The notes under the pieces were generated by a model. It was not told the DNA's origin, searched no databases, and saw nothing but the letters and a program-made list of their open reading frames with translations. A DNA stretch of 64,000 nt, from the NCBI GenBank assembly GCA_963830815.1, contig CAWHNN010000022.1:25753-89752 (forward strand), read 5' to 3'. This stretch comes from an uncultured Acidobacteriota bacterium. GTDB lineage: Bacteria; Acidobacteriota; Vicinamibacteria; Vicinamibacterales; 2-12-FULL-66-21. Made by a program: the position numbers and the translations under genes. Below are positions 54,951 through 64,000 of the stretch, one piece after another (positions within the stretch are counted from its first letter, which is position 1; each line of letters starts with the position of its first letter).

Positions 54951-55298
54951 ATGAAGGTAAAGATTTGCGACGTCAACCCGGCGGCTGTCGAGAAACTGCC
55001 GCGTCTCACCGACGACAAGTCAGGGATTGGCGTGCACTACGTCGACGCGTACCTGAAGCCGATGAACGTGCAGCTTGGTGACGGCACGTTCGTGAAGTGC
55101 AAGCGCCGCGGTCTCAAGATCGCGCTCGCCATCGGCAGCCGAAAGGGCGAGGGCCTGATGCGACGGCTCGACGTGAGCACCGATCCCGTGGCGATGCTCG
55201 ATGCCGCGTTGCAGGAAGCGGCGCGCGGCGCGGGTGTCGAGCTCGCGGTCGAAGATGGCGGCCTCTATGTGACCCTCGCGGACGCGGCAAACGGGTAG
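54951..55298 (+). CDS. hypothetical protein (115 aa), last gene of the corrinoid operon
   Basis: Intact ORF 8 nt after the Hcy-methyltransferase stop, with sense-like composition (MKVKICDVNPAAVEKLPRLTDDKSGIGVHYVDAYLKPM...). I recognise no motif. Confidence 0.55.
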   Translation: MKVKICDVNPAAVEKLPRLTDDKSGIGVHYVDAYLKPMNVQLGDGTFVKCKRRGLKIALAIGSRKGEGLMRRLDVSTDPVAMLDAALQEAARGAGVELAVEDGGLYVTLADAANG

Positions 55299-55391
55299 CG
55301 GGATCGTAGATTCGGCTGAAATCGCAGATTACGAATCTGACACCGGTTCCTGCCCGGCGCGCCGACTGAAATTCTCTATAATTGAAGGCAT

Positions 55392-56908
55392 ATGATTCGG
55401 TCTGCTGTGAGCCCAACGGTGGCGCTCGCCACTTCGCCTGTCGCCGAGATCGAGACAGATCTCCTTGTAATCCCGTTCGTCGAAGGCGAACAGCTCCTGC
55501 AGGCAATTCCAGGCCTCGCTGAGGCGACGGGGGGCGCGATCGAGCGCGCGCTCGCTTCGAAAGAAGTCCAGGGAAAGCCCTACGAGCTATTTCTGACGCC
55601 TGTCCTGAAGGGCTGGAAGGCGACGCGCGTGGCGCTCATCGGCGCCGGACCCGCCGCTGGCGCGAACCTCGAACGTCTGCGCCGGCTGGCGACCACCGCG
55701 GCGCTGGCGGCACGCCAGCGTCACGTCGCGCGAATCGCGTTCGTGCAGCGCCTGCCTCTCGATCCCTTCGAAGGTGTACAGGCCGTCACCGAAGGGTTGA
55801 CCCTCGCGGCGTTCAGCGGCGATCGCTACAAGAGTCAGGATCGAAGCGGCGCGGCGCCGGAACAGATGCTCGTAGTTGCCACGGCGGCGCAAGCCTCTGC
55901 GGCGACGCTCGAGAAGGCTGTCGAACGCGGCCGCATCCTCGGCGAGTCGTCGAACATGGCGCGCGATCTCTGCAACGAGCCGGCGAATGTCTTGACGCCG
56001 TCTGTGTTTGCCGAGCGCGGCGCGGCCATCGCGCGCGAGGCCGGACTCGAGGTCGAAGTTCTCGACGAAGACGAGATCGAACGGCTGAGCATGGGGCTGC
56101 TGCTCGGTGTCGCCCGCGGCAGCGCCGAACCGCCGCGCGTGATTGTCATGACGCACAATCCGCCTGGCGCGCCTGCCTCTCCCGTCCTCGGACTCGTGGG
56201 CAAGGGCATCACGTTCGACACCGGCGGCATCTCCATCAAGCCCGCGGAGGGCATGGAGCGGATGAAGGACGACATGGCGGGCGGCGCAGCAGTCATCGGC
56301 GCCATGCGCGCCATCTCGCTGCTGAAAGCGCCAATCAAAGTCGTCGGCATCGTTCCGGCCTCCGAGAACATGCCGGGGGACGCGCGACCAAGCCTGGCGA
56401 CGTCCTGACTGGCGCCGGCGGTAAGACCGTCGAGGTGCTCAACACCGACGCCGAGGGCCGGCTGATTCTCGGTGACGGCCTCTGGTACGCCCAGCGCCTC
56501 GGAGCGACGCACCTGATCGATGTCGCAACGCTGACCGGCGCCTGCGTCGTCGCGCTCGGCAAGGTCGCGTCGGGACTTTTCGGCGAGCCGCAGTCCTGGG
56601 TGGCGAGCGTGTCGCAGGCGGCCGCCCGTGCCGGCGACCGCGCCTGGCCGATGCCGCTCTACGACGAGTACTTCGAGCAGATGCGCAGCGAAATCGCCGA
56701 CATGGTCAACACCGGCGGACGCGCCGCTGGCGCCTGCACCGCGGCGAGCTTCCTCAAGGAATTTGCCGGCGGCCTGCCGTGGGCGCATCTCGACATCGCC
56801 GGCACGGCCTGGGCGGACGAGACCAAGCCCTGGCAGCCAAAGGGGCCGACGGGTGTCGCGGTGCGCACGCTGGCGGAGTTGGCCTTCACCAGCGGAGAGT
56901 GGAAGTAA
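55392..56908 (+). CDS. pepA: leucyl aminopeptidase (M17); one frame interruption near 56385
   Basis: VGKGITFDTGGISIKP, DDMAGGAAV, then in the next frame NTDAEGRLILGDGLWYA...HLDIAGTAW. TATAAT at 55375..55380 lies just upstream. Confidence 0.9.
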
Positions 56909-56909
56909 G

Positions 56910-56937
56910 GGAACTTCAGGGCGGGCGGGGGTTCAAA
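56910..56937 (+). promoter_or_regulatory. candidate ECF (sigma-E-type) promoter GGAACTT-N16-TCAAA
   Basis: GGAACTT (56910..56916), 16-nt spacer, TCAAA (56933..56937), 41 nt upstream of the ATG at 56978. Same architecture as the site at 17125..17152. Confidence 0.45.
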
Positions 56938-56977
56938 CGAGCCAGAGCGCTGCGCGCCGCGTCAAAGTCAGGCTGAC

Positions 56978-57211
56978 ATGCAACCGCCGCCAGATTCCAT
57001 CATCGTCAGGGTCGTCCAGGAGCCTGTGCGCTCGACGACGATCGTCGACGTGCTGCTGGGCTCCCTGGGCCTGGTCGGTGCGCTGCTCTTCGCGGCGCTC
57101 GTCCTCGGCGTCATCCTCGGCGGCGGAATGATCGCCTTGAAGCTTCTGCGGGCACGTTACAGCCTCGAACCGACACCCGATTCCGAGTCCTTGCGCGTTA
57201 CGCCGCACTAG
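56978..57211 (+). CDS. small single-pass membrane protein (77 aa), function unknown
   Basis: Intact ORF with one hydrophobic helix, VDVLLGSLGLVGALLFAALVLGVILGGGMIAL, followed by KLLRARY. Confidence 0.5.
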   Translation: MQPPPDSIIVRVVQEPVRSTTIVDVLLGSLGLVGALLFAALVLGVILGGGMIALKLLRARYSLEPTPDSESLRVTPH

Positions 57212-57229
57212 CCGTCGGCCCGCCGGGCG

Positions 57230-59174
57230 CTACTCCTCACGCGACGCGATCGTCGCCCTCGCCTTCAGCGATTTCTGATACTTCAAGATGGCATCGAGCA
57301 GCGCTTCAGCGATCTGCTGGCGATAGGCTGACGTCTTGAGCAGGGCGCCTTCCTGCTTGTGGCTGACAAACGAGATCTCGGCGAGCACGCTGGGCATGCC
57401 GGCGCCGATCAGCACCACGAAGGGCGCCTGTTTGACGCCGCGGTCCTGCAGCTCGCCGTTCTTGCTCGACAGGCTGCGCACCATCGACTTCTGCACCGTG
57501 TCGGCAAAATCCCTCGACTCGTCGATCTTGTTGTTCAACGTAATCGCGCGCACGATGTCGGGCAGCCGGTGCATCGTCTGGCCGGAGGCTGAGTTCTCGC
57601 GCGCGGCGACGGCTTCGGCTTCCGGGTTGGCGGCGAAGTTCAGGAAGTAGGTCTCGATACCGCGTGCCTTGATGTTGCGGCTGGCGTTGGCGTGAATCGA
57701 CAGGAAGAGGTCAGCGCCCTCACGGTTGGCAATCGCCGTGCGCTGCTCGAGCGGAATGAAGACGTCGGTGTCGCGCGTCATCACGACTTCCATGCCTGGC
57801 TGCTTCTCGAGCAGCTTCTGCAGGCGCTGCGACACGTCGAGCACGAGCTCGGATTCGTTGATGCCGTTGCCGCGGACGCCCGGATCGTGCCCGCCGTGAC
57901 CGGGGTCGATGACGATGCGATTGATTCCGAGACCGAGCTGCCGCGCCAGCGAGAACTGCCCATTGGAGTTTGCCAGCGGCACCGTTGGCGCCGGCGGACT
58001 GGGCGGAACGACTGAACGAGAAGGCAGCGGCGCGAGCGGCGAAGATGTCGCCACGACTGGCGCTTTCGGCGCCGGCGGCAGCGGCTTTGGTGGAACCGGC
58101 TTCGACTCGGCCCGCATCTTGTTCAGGCTGACGCCCGCAACCACCTTCGGCGCGTTGAGCGGCAGCGGCGGTGGCGGCGGAGAGGTCAGCGGTGCCATCA
58201 CAACCGCCTCGGCGACGGGAACCGGTGGCGGCAGGGGAGTCACTGCGACTTTAGGACGCGCGGGCGGCATTGCCGGCGGAGCCGCTGGCGCAGGCGGCGC
58301 GGCAGCAGGCGGCGGGGCGGTCGTTGCCGCTGACGCGTTGATCGTCGTCTTGCGGCGAAAATCGACGACGACCCGATACGGGTTGTAGAGCGTGAATACG
58401 CTGTAGGTGTCGACGCCCTCCAGATCCATCACGACGCGAGTGGTGTTCTGCGGCTGGCGGCCAAGCCTGATCTCCTTGACCATGTCGTCATTGAAGTTGA
58501 GGTTCTTGGCACGCAGCCCGGGAGACAGATAGGCGCCGCGCAGATCGAAGAAGAGCCGCTTCGGGTTGTCGAGGCGCTCCTGCCGGAAGAGCACTTCGCG
58601 GTCCATCTCGATCGAGACCCGGATGCCGTCGGGCATCGCCGTGCCGATTGATCGCTCGCACCGTCACGACGCCGTTGGGAACCGTTTCAGAGGTCTCAGC
58701 CCTTGCCGTGGTCGTGACGGGCCGCGGCGATGAGCTCGTCGGGCGCACGACGCCGCTGCCGCTTCCCGTGGTTGCCATCGCCTTCGTCGTCTCGAAGGTC
58801 GCGAGCGCCTGGTCGACACCGGAGATCAGCGAGCTGGCCGGGTAGCCGGCCTGCAGCTGCCTGAGCAGCCGAACGCCGGTTCGCTTGTCGCTTTCTTCAC
58901 CGAAGCGATCCCAGGCGAGGCGTGATAGTTCGCTTGCCTGCCACAGGGCGTTGTCGGCGTAGCCACTCGCTGGGTATTTGTGCACGACCCGCTCGTAGGC
59001 TGCGACGGCAGCACGAATCTGGCGCAGGGTCGCCGATTGTCGCGCGTCACGTACGCTGCGATCGCGGGCGAGCGCCTGGGTATAGAGCTGTCGTGGCGGC
59101 TGTGCCGCGGCAATGGAGCCGCAGCCCAGAACCAGACCAACGGCGAGGATGGTTGCTCGAGCGTTGAACGTCAT
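57230..59174 (-). CDS. N-acetylmuramoyl-L-alanine amidase (TPR/YbgF-like N-terminal region, AMIN domain, Pro-rich linker, Amidase_3 domain); one frame interruption near 58640
   Basis: The 468-aa ORF has an AMIN-like start (GIRVSIEMDREVLFRQERLDNPKRLFFDL), a Pro/Ala-rich linker, and IVIDPGHGGHDPG...HANA (Amidase_3). The upstream ORF 58488..59174 supplies the signal peptide and a helical repeat region, and runs into the same gene. Confidence 0.8.
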
Positions 59175-59177
59175 AAA

Positions 59178-61625
59178 TCACCTGAGCTGAGCGTCGACTT
59201 CTTCGAAGTAATCCTTCTTCACGAGCACTTCGCGCGCTTTGCCGCCGGCGCCCGGCGACACGATACCTTCCGCTTCCATCATGTCTACGAGGCGCGCCGC
59301 ACGGCTGAACCCGATGCGAAGGCGCCGCTGCAGATACGAAATCGACGCCTGGCCGCTGCCGACGACGATGCGCGCGGCCTCGTCGTAGAGATCGTCCTTG
59401 TCGAAATCGAGGTCGCCGCCGGCGGCCTGCTTGTCGTCGGCCGTGATCGTCTCGTCGTAGGTCGGCTTGCCCTGCTTGCGCAGGAAGCTGGCGAGCCGGG
59501 CGCTCTCCTGTTCGGAGATGTACGGGCCGTGCAGGCGCACGAAACGCGACGAGGCCGGCGGCAGGTAGAGCATGTCCCCCTTGCCGAGCAGTTGCTCGGC
59601 GCCGTTGCCGTCGAGAATCGTCCGCGAGTCGATCTTCGACGAGACGCGGAACGAGATGCGCGCCGGCAGGTTGGCCTTGATGAGGCCCGTGATGACGTCG
59701 ACTGATGGCCGCTGCGTCGCAAGAATGAGGTGGATGCCGACGGCGCGCGCCATCTGCGCGAGGCGGCAGATCGACTCTTCGACCTCGTTGCTCGCCACCA
59801 TCATCAAGTCGGCGAGCTCGTCGATGAGCACGATGATGAAGGGCAGCGTCTTGACCTCGAGGCCGTTCTTATCGAGGAGCGGCCCGTTGCTCTCGGCCAT
59901 CGCCGTCTTGATGTTCCGGTTGTACTGCTCGATGTTCCGCACGCCGACGGCGGCCAGCGTCTTGTAACGCTCTTCCATCTCACGCACGGCCCAGCGCAGC
60001 GCGTTGGCGGCGAGCTTCGGATCGACGACGACGGGCGTCAGGAGATGCGGAATCTCCTCGTACATCCCAAGCTCGAGGCGCTTGGGATCGATCATGATGA
60101 GCCGCACTTCGTCCGGGCTCGCCCGGAAGAGGATGCTCGAGAACATCGCATTGACGCTGACCGACTTGCCGGTGCCGGTCGAACCGGCGATCAGAAGGTG
60201 CGGCATCGTCGCCAGGTCGCTGACGAAAGGTTCGCCGTGGATCGTCTTGCCCAGCGCCAGCGTCAGCCGCGACGTAGAGCGGCGGTACGCTTCCGATTCG
60301 AGCAGCTCGCGCATCGAGATCTGCTCGCGGTTCGGATTGGGGATCTGGATCCCGACGGTGGACTTGCCGGGGATGCGGTCGATGAGTACGGACTCGGCCT
60401 GCATGGCGAGGCAGAGGTCATCGGCGAGCCCCGTGATCTTGCTGTACTTCACGCCGGCGTCGGGTTTGAACTCGTAGGTCGTGACGACCGGGCCGGGGTG
60501 AATCTGCACCACGGTGCCCTCGACCGAGAACTCCCGGCATTTCTCCTCGAGGTGCCTGGCGCCGTCCATGAGCTCCCGTTCGTCAACCTTCTGCTCGCCC
60601 CTGGGGGCGTCGAGCAGGGCCAGCGGCGGCTGCGCGTAGGCGCCGTTGCGCTTCTTTTCGGCGGGGACTTTCTCCGGGTCCGACAGCGGCAACGTCGGCT
60701 CGACCGCGAAAGGCGCCGGACGTTTGATCGCCGGCGGCGTCGGCCGCGAGGCTGCCGCGCGCAACGCTGCTGCCGCGGCGCCGACAACAGCGGCGGCACG
60801 TGAGGGTTTGGGCGCTTCGTCGGCGGGCGGTGCCTTGGCCGCGGCCTTTGCGCGCAGCGGCGCCGCCATCGGCAGATCGCGGTCGTCGTCTTCTTCTTCG
60901 CGTTCCTCGCTTGCGGCGGCCACGCGTGGGGTGACCTTGGCCGGCTTCACTTCTTTCGTCGCCTTGTCAGCACCGGACTTCTCGAGATGCTTCTTCACGA
61001 CTTCCTGACGCTGCTGCTCGCGCCGGCGCTCTTCTTTCCGCGCCCGCATGCCGTCGAGCATGCTCGCCCAGCGATCGCGCGCCATCTGGAAGAGCGCGCC
61101 AAACAGGCGTCCGAATGAGAACTGCGTGGACAGGACGATTGAAAGGAAGAGGAGCGTCAGGATCAGGATGATCGAGCCGGTCTTGTTCAAATAGTCGGCA
61201 AGAAATGCCGCCAGGCCGCGGCCGAGATAGCCTCCGGCGAGGATTTCCCGGTTGGCGACGCGGAGAGTGCCAAACGCCAGTGACAGGAATGACGACACAC
61301 AGGCGAAGAGCAGAGCGGCGCCCACGAGCTTCGTGTACGCGGCGTCTGGCGTGCGGCACCAGAAGTAGTGCCAGCCGCTGACGACGAGAACGATGGGCAG
61401 CAGGTAGGCGGAGTAGCCGAGCATCTGGTAGGAGAGCTCGGCCAGAAATGCTCCGACCCGGCCGCCAAAATTGAGCGGCACCGCGCCGTCGGCGCCGGTC
61501 GTGAAGAACCAGACGGGATCGGCCGGCGTGTAGCTCGCCAGCGAGATCAGCCACATCAGGGCCAACGCGAAGAAGGCGACGCCCACGAACTCGCTGACAC
61601 GGCGGGAAAGGAAGGATCCCCCCAA
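59178..61625 (-). CDS. ftsK: DNA translocase FtsK
   Basis: Intact 815-aa ORF. N-terminal TM helices, an Ala/Pro/Glu-rich linker, a motor domain with Walker A GSTGTGKS and Walker B IIVLIDELADL, and a C-terminal gamma (winged-helix) domain, SISYLQRRLRIGFSRAARLVDMME. Confidence 0.95.
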   Translation of the reverse strand: MGGSFLSRRVSEFVGVAFFALALMWLISLASYTPADPVWFFTTGADGAVPLNFGGRVGAFLAELSYQMLGYSAYLLPIVLVVSGWHYFWCRTPDAAYTKLVGAALLFACVSSFLSLAFGTLRVANREILAGGYLGRGLAAFLADYLNKTGSIILILTLLFLSIVLSTQFSFGRLFGALFQMARDRWASMLDGMRARKEERRREQQRQEVVKKHLEKSGADKATKEVKPAKVTPRVAAASEEREEEDDDRDLPMAAPLRAKAAAKAPPADEAPKPSRAAAVVGAAAAALRAAASRPTPPAIKRPAPFAVEPTLPLSDPEKVPAEKKRNGAYAQPPLALLDAPRGEQKVDERELMDGARHLEEKCREFSVEGTVVQIHPGPVVTTYEFKPDAGVKYSKITGLADDLCLAMQAESVLIDRIPGKSTVGIQIPNPNREQISMRELLESEAYRRSTSRLTLALGKTIHGEPFVSDLATMPHLLIAGSTGTGKSVSVNAMFSSILFRASPDEVRLIMIDPKRLELGMYEEIPHLLTPVVVDPKLAANALRWAVREMEERYKTLAAVGVRNIEQYNRNIKTAMAESNGPLLDKNGLEVKTLPFIIVLIDELADLMMVASNEVEESICRLAQMARAVGIHLILATQRPSVDVITGLIKANLPARISFRVSSKIDSRTILDGNGAEQLLGKGDMLYLPPASSRFVRLHGPYISEQESARLASFLRKQGKPTYDETITADDKQAAGGDLDFDKDDLYDEAARIVVGSGQASISYLQRRLRIGFSRAARLVDMMEAEGIVSPGAGGKAREVLVKKDYFEEVDAQLR

Positions 61626-61626
61626 G

Positions 61627-63254
61627 TCAGATCTCCATGATCACCGGCACGACGAGCGGCCGGAGTCCTGAACGCTTGCGGAAGAACCGCTGCAAGTCCA
61701 CTCGAATCTTCTCCTTGATGAGACCCGGATCGGTCCGTTCTTCGACCCCGGCTCCCTCGATCGATGCCGCAAGCAGGGAAGGGATCTCCTTCAGCAGCCC
61801 CTCGGTGCGGGCATCGAGCACGAACCCACGCGTAATCACGTCCGGTGTTTCCTCCAGGGTGCCCGACTGACGCCCGATGACGACCACCGGCACGACCAGC
61901 CCGTCTCCTGCCAGATGCCGGCGATCTCTCAGGACCTCGTCGCCGACCTCGCCGCTCCGCGTTCCGTCGATGAGGATGCGCCCCGCCGGGACCTTGCCCG
62001 CCAGCCGCCCTCCGATCTCATCGAACCGGACGACGTCGCCGTTCTCGGCGAGGATGACCTTCGTGCCCCTGGACACGCGGCCGGCGATCCTCGCGTGCCG
62101 GGCAAGCTGGCGGTACTCCCCGTGTATCGGCACGAAGTAGCGCGGTCTGACCAGGGAGATCATTAATTTCAGTTCTTCCTCGCTCCCGTGTCCAGAAACG
62201 TGGACATGTTTGAGGCCTTCATAGATGAGCTCGGAGCCGCGCTTGGCGATGTGGTTCATCACCCGGCCAATCGCCTTCTCGTTGCCCGGAATCTCACGCG
62301 CCGAGAAAACGACCACATCTTCAGGGTCCAGCCGGACATGGCGGTGATCGTTGATGGCAATCCGGGGAGTGCCGCCTGCGGCTCGCCCTGCGACCCCGTG
62401 CACATGCAGACGACGTCCTGCGCGGGGAAATTGCGCACGTCGCTGTCCTTGATCAGGACGCCCGCCGGCACGCGGAGATACCCCAGCCGTTGAGCAATCT
62501 CGGAGTTGTCGATCATGCCGCGGCCGATGAACGCCACGCGGCGATCGAACTGGGCCGCCAGATCGACGACGATCTGCATGCGGTAGATGCTGGAGGCGAA
62601 TGTCGCCACGACGATCTTGCCGTCGGCGTTCGTGAAGATCTCTTCGAACGCGTCGGTGACGTCGACTTCCGACCCCGTGAAGCCGCGGCGATCGACGTTC
62701 GTGCTGTCGGCGAGGAGCGCGAGGACACCGGAAGCGCCGAGTTGCGCCAGCCGGTGGACGTCGACGCCCTCGCCGTCGATCGGCGTCTGGTCGATCTTGA
62801 AGTCGCCGGTGTGGATGATGACGCCCTGCGGCGTCTCTACAGCGACCGCGACACAGTCCGGGATGCTGTGCGTGACTCGCAGGAACTCGATCGTGAACGA
62901 GCCGACGGTGACACGCTCTCGCGGACGAACGGTCGTGAGCCGTCCGCGCGACTCGTGATCGTTCTCCGCAAGCTTCGACTCGACGAGCGCAAGCGTGAGG
63001 GCCGTGCCGTAGACGGGCCCCTGGAAAACCTTGAGGACGTGCGGCACGGCGCCGATGTGGTCCTCGTGCCCATGCGTCAGGATCAGGGCGGCGATGTTGT
63101 ACTGCTGCAGCTGGCGCAGGTCCGGGATGATGAGGTCGACCCCGAGCAGCTCGGGCTCGGGAAACATCACGCCAGCATCGATGAGGATGGCAGTGTCGCC
63201 GCAGGCGACAACCATCATGTTCATGCCGAACTCGCCCAGGCCCCCGAGAGGCAC
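61627..63254 (-). CDS. rnj: ribonuclease J; one frame interruption near 62370
   Basis: PLGGLGEFGMN, the metallo-beta-lactamase motif LTHGHEDHIGA, and the beta-CASP region. The C-terminal ORF of 258 aa contains HVSGHGSEEELKLMISLVRPRYFVPIHGEYR. Confidence 0.9.
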
Positions 63255-63500
63255 GAGCTCGAGCGGCGCGTCAGTTCCGTGAGTCGACAGAAGACCCCCG
63301 CGTTACGGTTGCAATGGAATGCAGCGGCGCATGCGCCCGGTCCTGTCAGAGAGCGCGACGACCTTCGGCAGTCGCACCCGGGAGGGTGTCGCCGTCCGGT
63401 ACTGCGCGGCAGGCGCCACGCGTCTCGCACTCCACCTGCGCGTCTGCTGGGACAGGCACTCAGGGACAGGGAAAATTCGTGCAAACTATAGCACAGCTCG

Positions 63501-64000
63501 TCACAATCCAGAAGCAAAGACGTCCGCAAGCTGCGCCAGTTCTGTGAGTTGCAGCTGCTCGGGCCGCCGCATGCCGTCGAAGCCCGCGCGGGCCAGCGCC
63601 GCGCGCGCGTCGGCGCCCCGTTCTTCGGCGAAGGGCTTGAGCGCGTTCGCCACGGTCTTTCGGCGCTGGGTGAAGATCGTGCGCACCATCCGTTCGAAGA
63701 CAGCCTCATCAGCCATGCTGACCTTCGGATCGCGAAACCGCAGGCTCAACACGGCAGAATGCACCTTCGGCATGGGCCGGAAAGCTCCTGGAGGCAATTC
63801 GAGCAGGCGGCGCACGTCGGCGCGCAGTCCGACGAAAATCGCCAGCGTCCCATAGTCCTTGGTGCCAGGCTTGCCCTCGATGCGGTCGGCCACTTCCCGC
63901 TGCACCATCAGCGTCGCGTCGACGAGGCGCGCGCCGTCACGCCGCGCCCGCAACAGTGCGAAGAGGATGGGCGAGGACAAGTTGTAGGGAAGGTTGCCTG
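63501..64000 (-). CDS. rsmA: 16S rRNA (adenine1518/1519-N6)-dimethyltransferase RsmA/KsgA; N-terminus lies beyond the window end
   Basis: The frame is open to the window edge: (G)NLPYNLSSPILFALL...MVQREVADRI...YGTLAIFV...VPPGAFRPMPKVHSAVL. Confidence 0.85.
   Translation of the reverse strand, partial: GNLPYNLSSPILFALLRARRDGARLVDATLMVQREVADRIEGKPGTKDYGTLAIFVGLRADVRRLLELPPGAFRPMPKVHSAVLSLRFRDPKVSMADEAVFERMVRTIFTQRRKTVANALKPFAEERGADARAALARAGFDGMRRPEQLQLTELAQLADVFASGL

Noticed and set aside
55305-55345. Hairpin AGATTCG-N17-CGAATCT after the corrinoid operon, as an intrinsic terminator.
   Set aside because: The stem is only 7 bp, the loop is large, and no U-tract follows. The evidence is too weak to call.

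Overview
GC-rich chromosomal segment of about 60 genes from a diderm bacterium (BamD, AMIN-domain amidase). Gene content suggests a soil Acidobacteriota-like lineage, but this cannot be verified without a search. I saw no rRNA, tRNA, CRISPR array, transposase or integrase.

Gene order, left to right:
- 1-4.9 kb: sugar-nucleotide and envelope genes (phosphohexomutase, NDP-sugar pyrophosphorylase, pgsA, bamD, epimerase, thioesterase).
- 4.9-10.4 kb: a minus-strand chain rpe / PASTA-only protein / rsmB / fmt / def, followed by aroC.
- 10.5-17 kb: a sigma-54 activator with a very long N-terminal region, two ABC permeases and a TPR protein.
- 17.2-22.9 kb: an ECF sigma/anti-sigma pair, next to a 769-aa beta-propeller protein and an S55 (SpoIVB-type) peptidase.
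- 23.1-33.6 kb: an aromatic supraoperon, aroD-aroE fusion / trpEGDCFBA / chorismate mutase / DAHP synthase / tyrA, followed by a GNAT and an acetoacetyl-CoA synthetase.
- 36-50 kb: a glucuronoxylan/pentonate locus with FAH-family and IlvD/Edd dehydratases, a URO-D-like methyltransferase, an ExuT-like MFS transporter, GH43, GH67, a NIF3-like protein, CE15, an FGE-like protein and an alpha/beta hydrolase.
- 50-55 kb: a corrinoid methyl-transfer module (B12-binding protein, RACo activase, MetH-activation-like protein, homocysteine S-methyltransferase).
- 55-64 kb: pepA, an amidase, ftsK, rnj and rsmA.

Main findings:
1. A 29-codon leader ORF containing Tyr-Trp-Trp-Trp-Tyr sits upstream of the aromatic supraoperon. 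It is followed by competing antiterminator and terminator pairings, the layout of a ribosome-mediated attenuator.
2. The corrinoid module looks like a disaggregated MetH without a pterin-binding domain and lies inside a 4-O-methyl-glucuronoxylan locus. I propose it is a corrinoid-dependent O-methyl-sugar demethylase that passes the methyl group to homocysteine. This is inference only.
3. A palindromic repeat family built from tandem GAATGCT heptamers occurs twice.
4. An identical ECF-type promoter motif occurs at two sites.
5. Reading-frame interruptions are very patchy. They are dense between 23 and 49 kb and absent over several multi-kb blocks. They hit essential genes, so I read them as assembly indels rather than real pseudogenes.

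CDS spans for interrupted genes are whole-gene reconstructions that I stitched across frames by eye.
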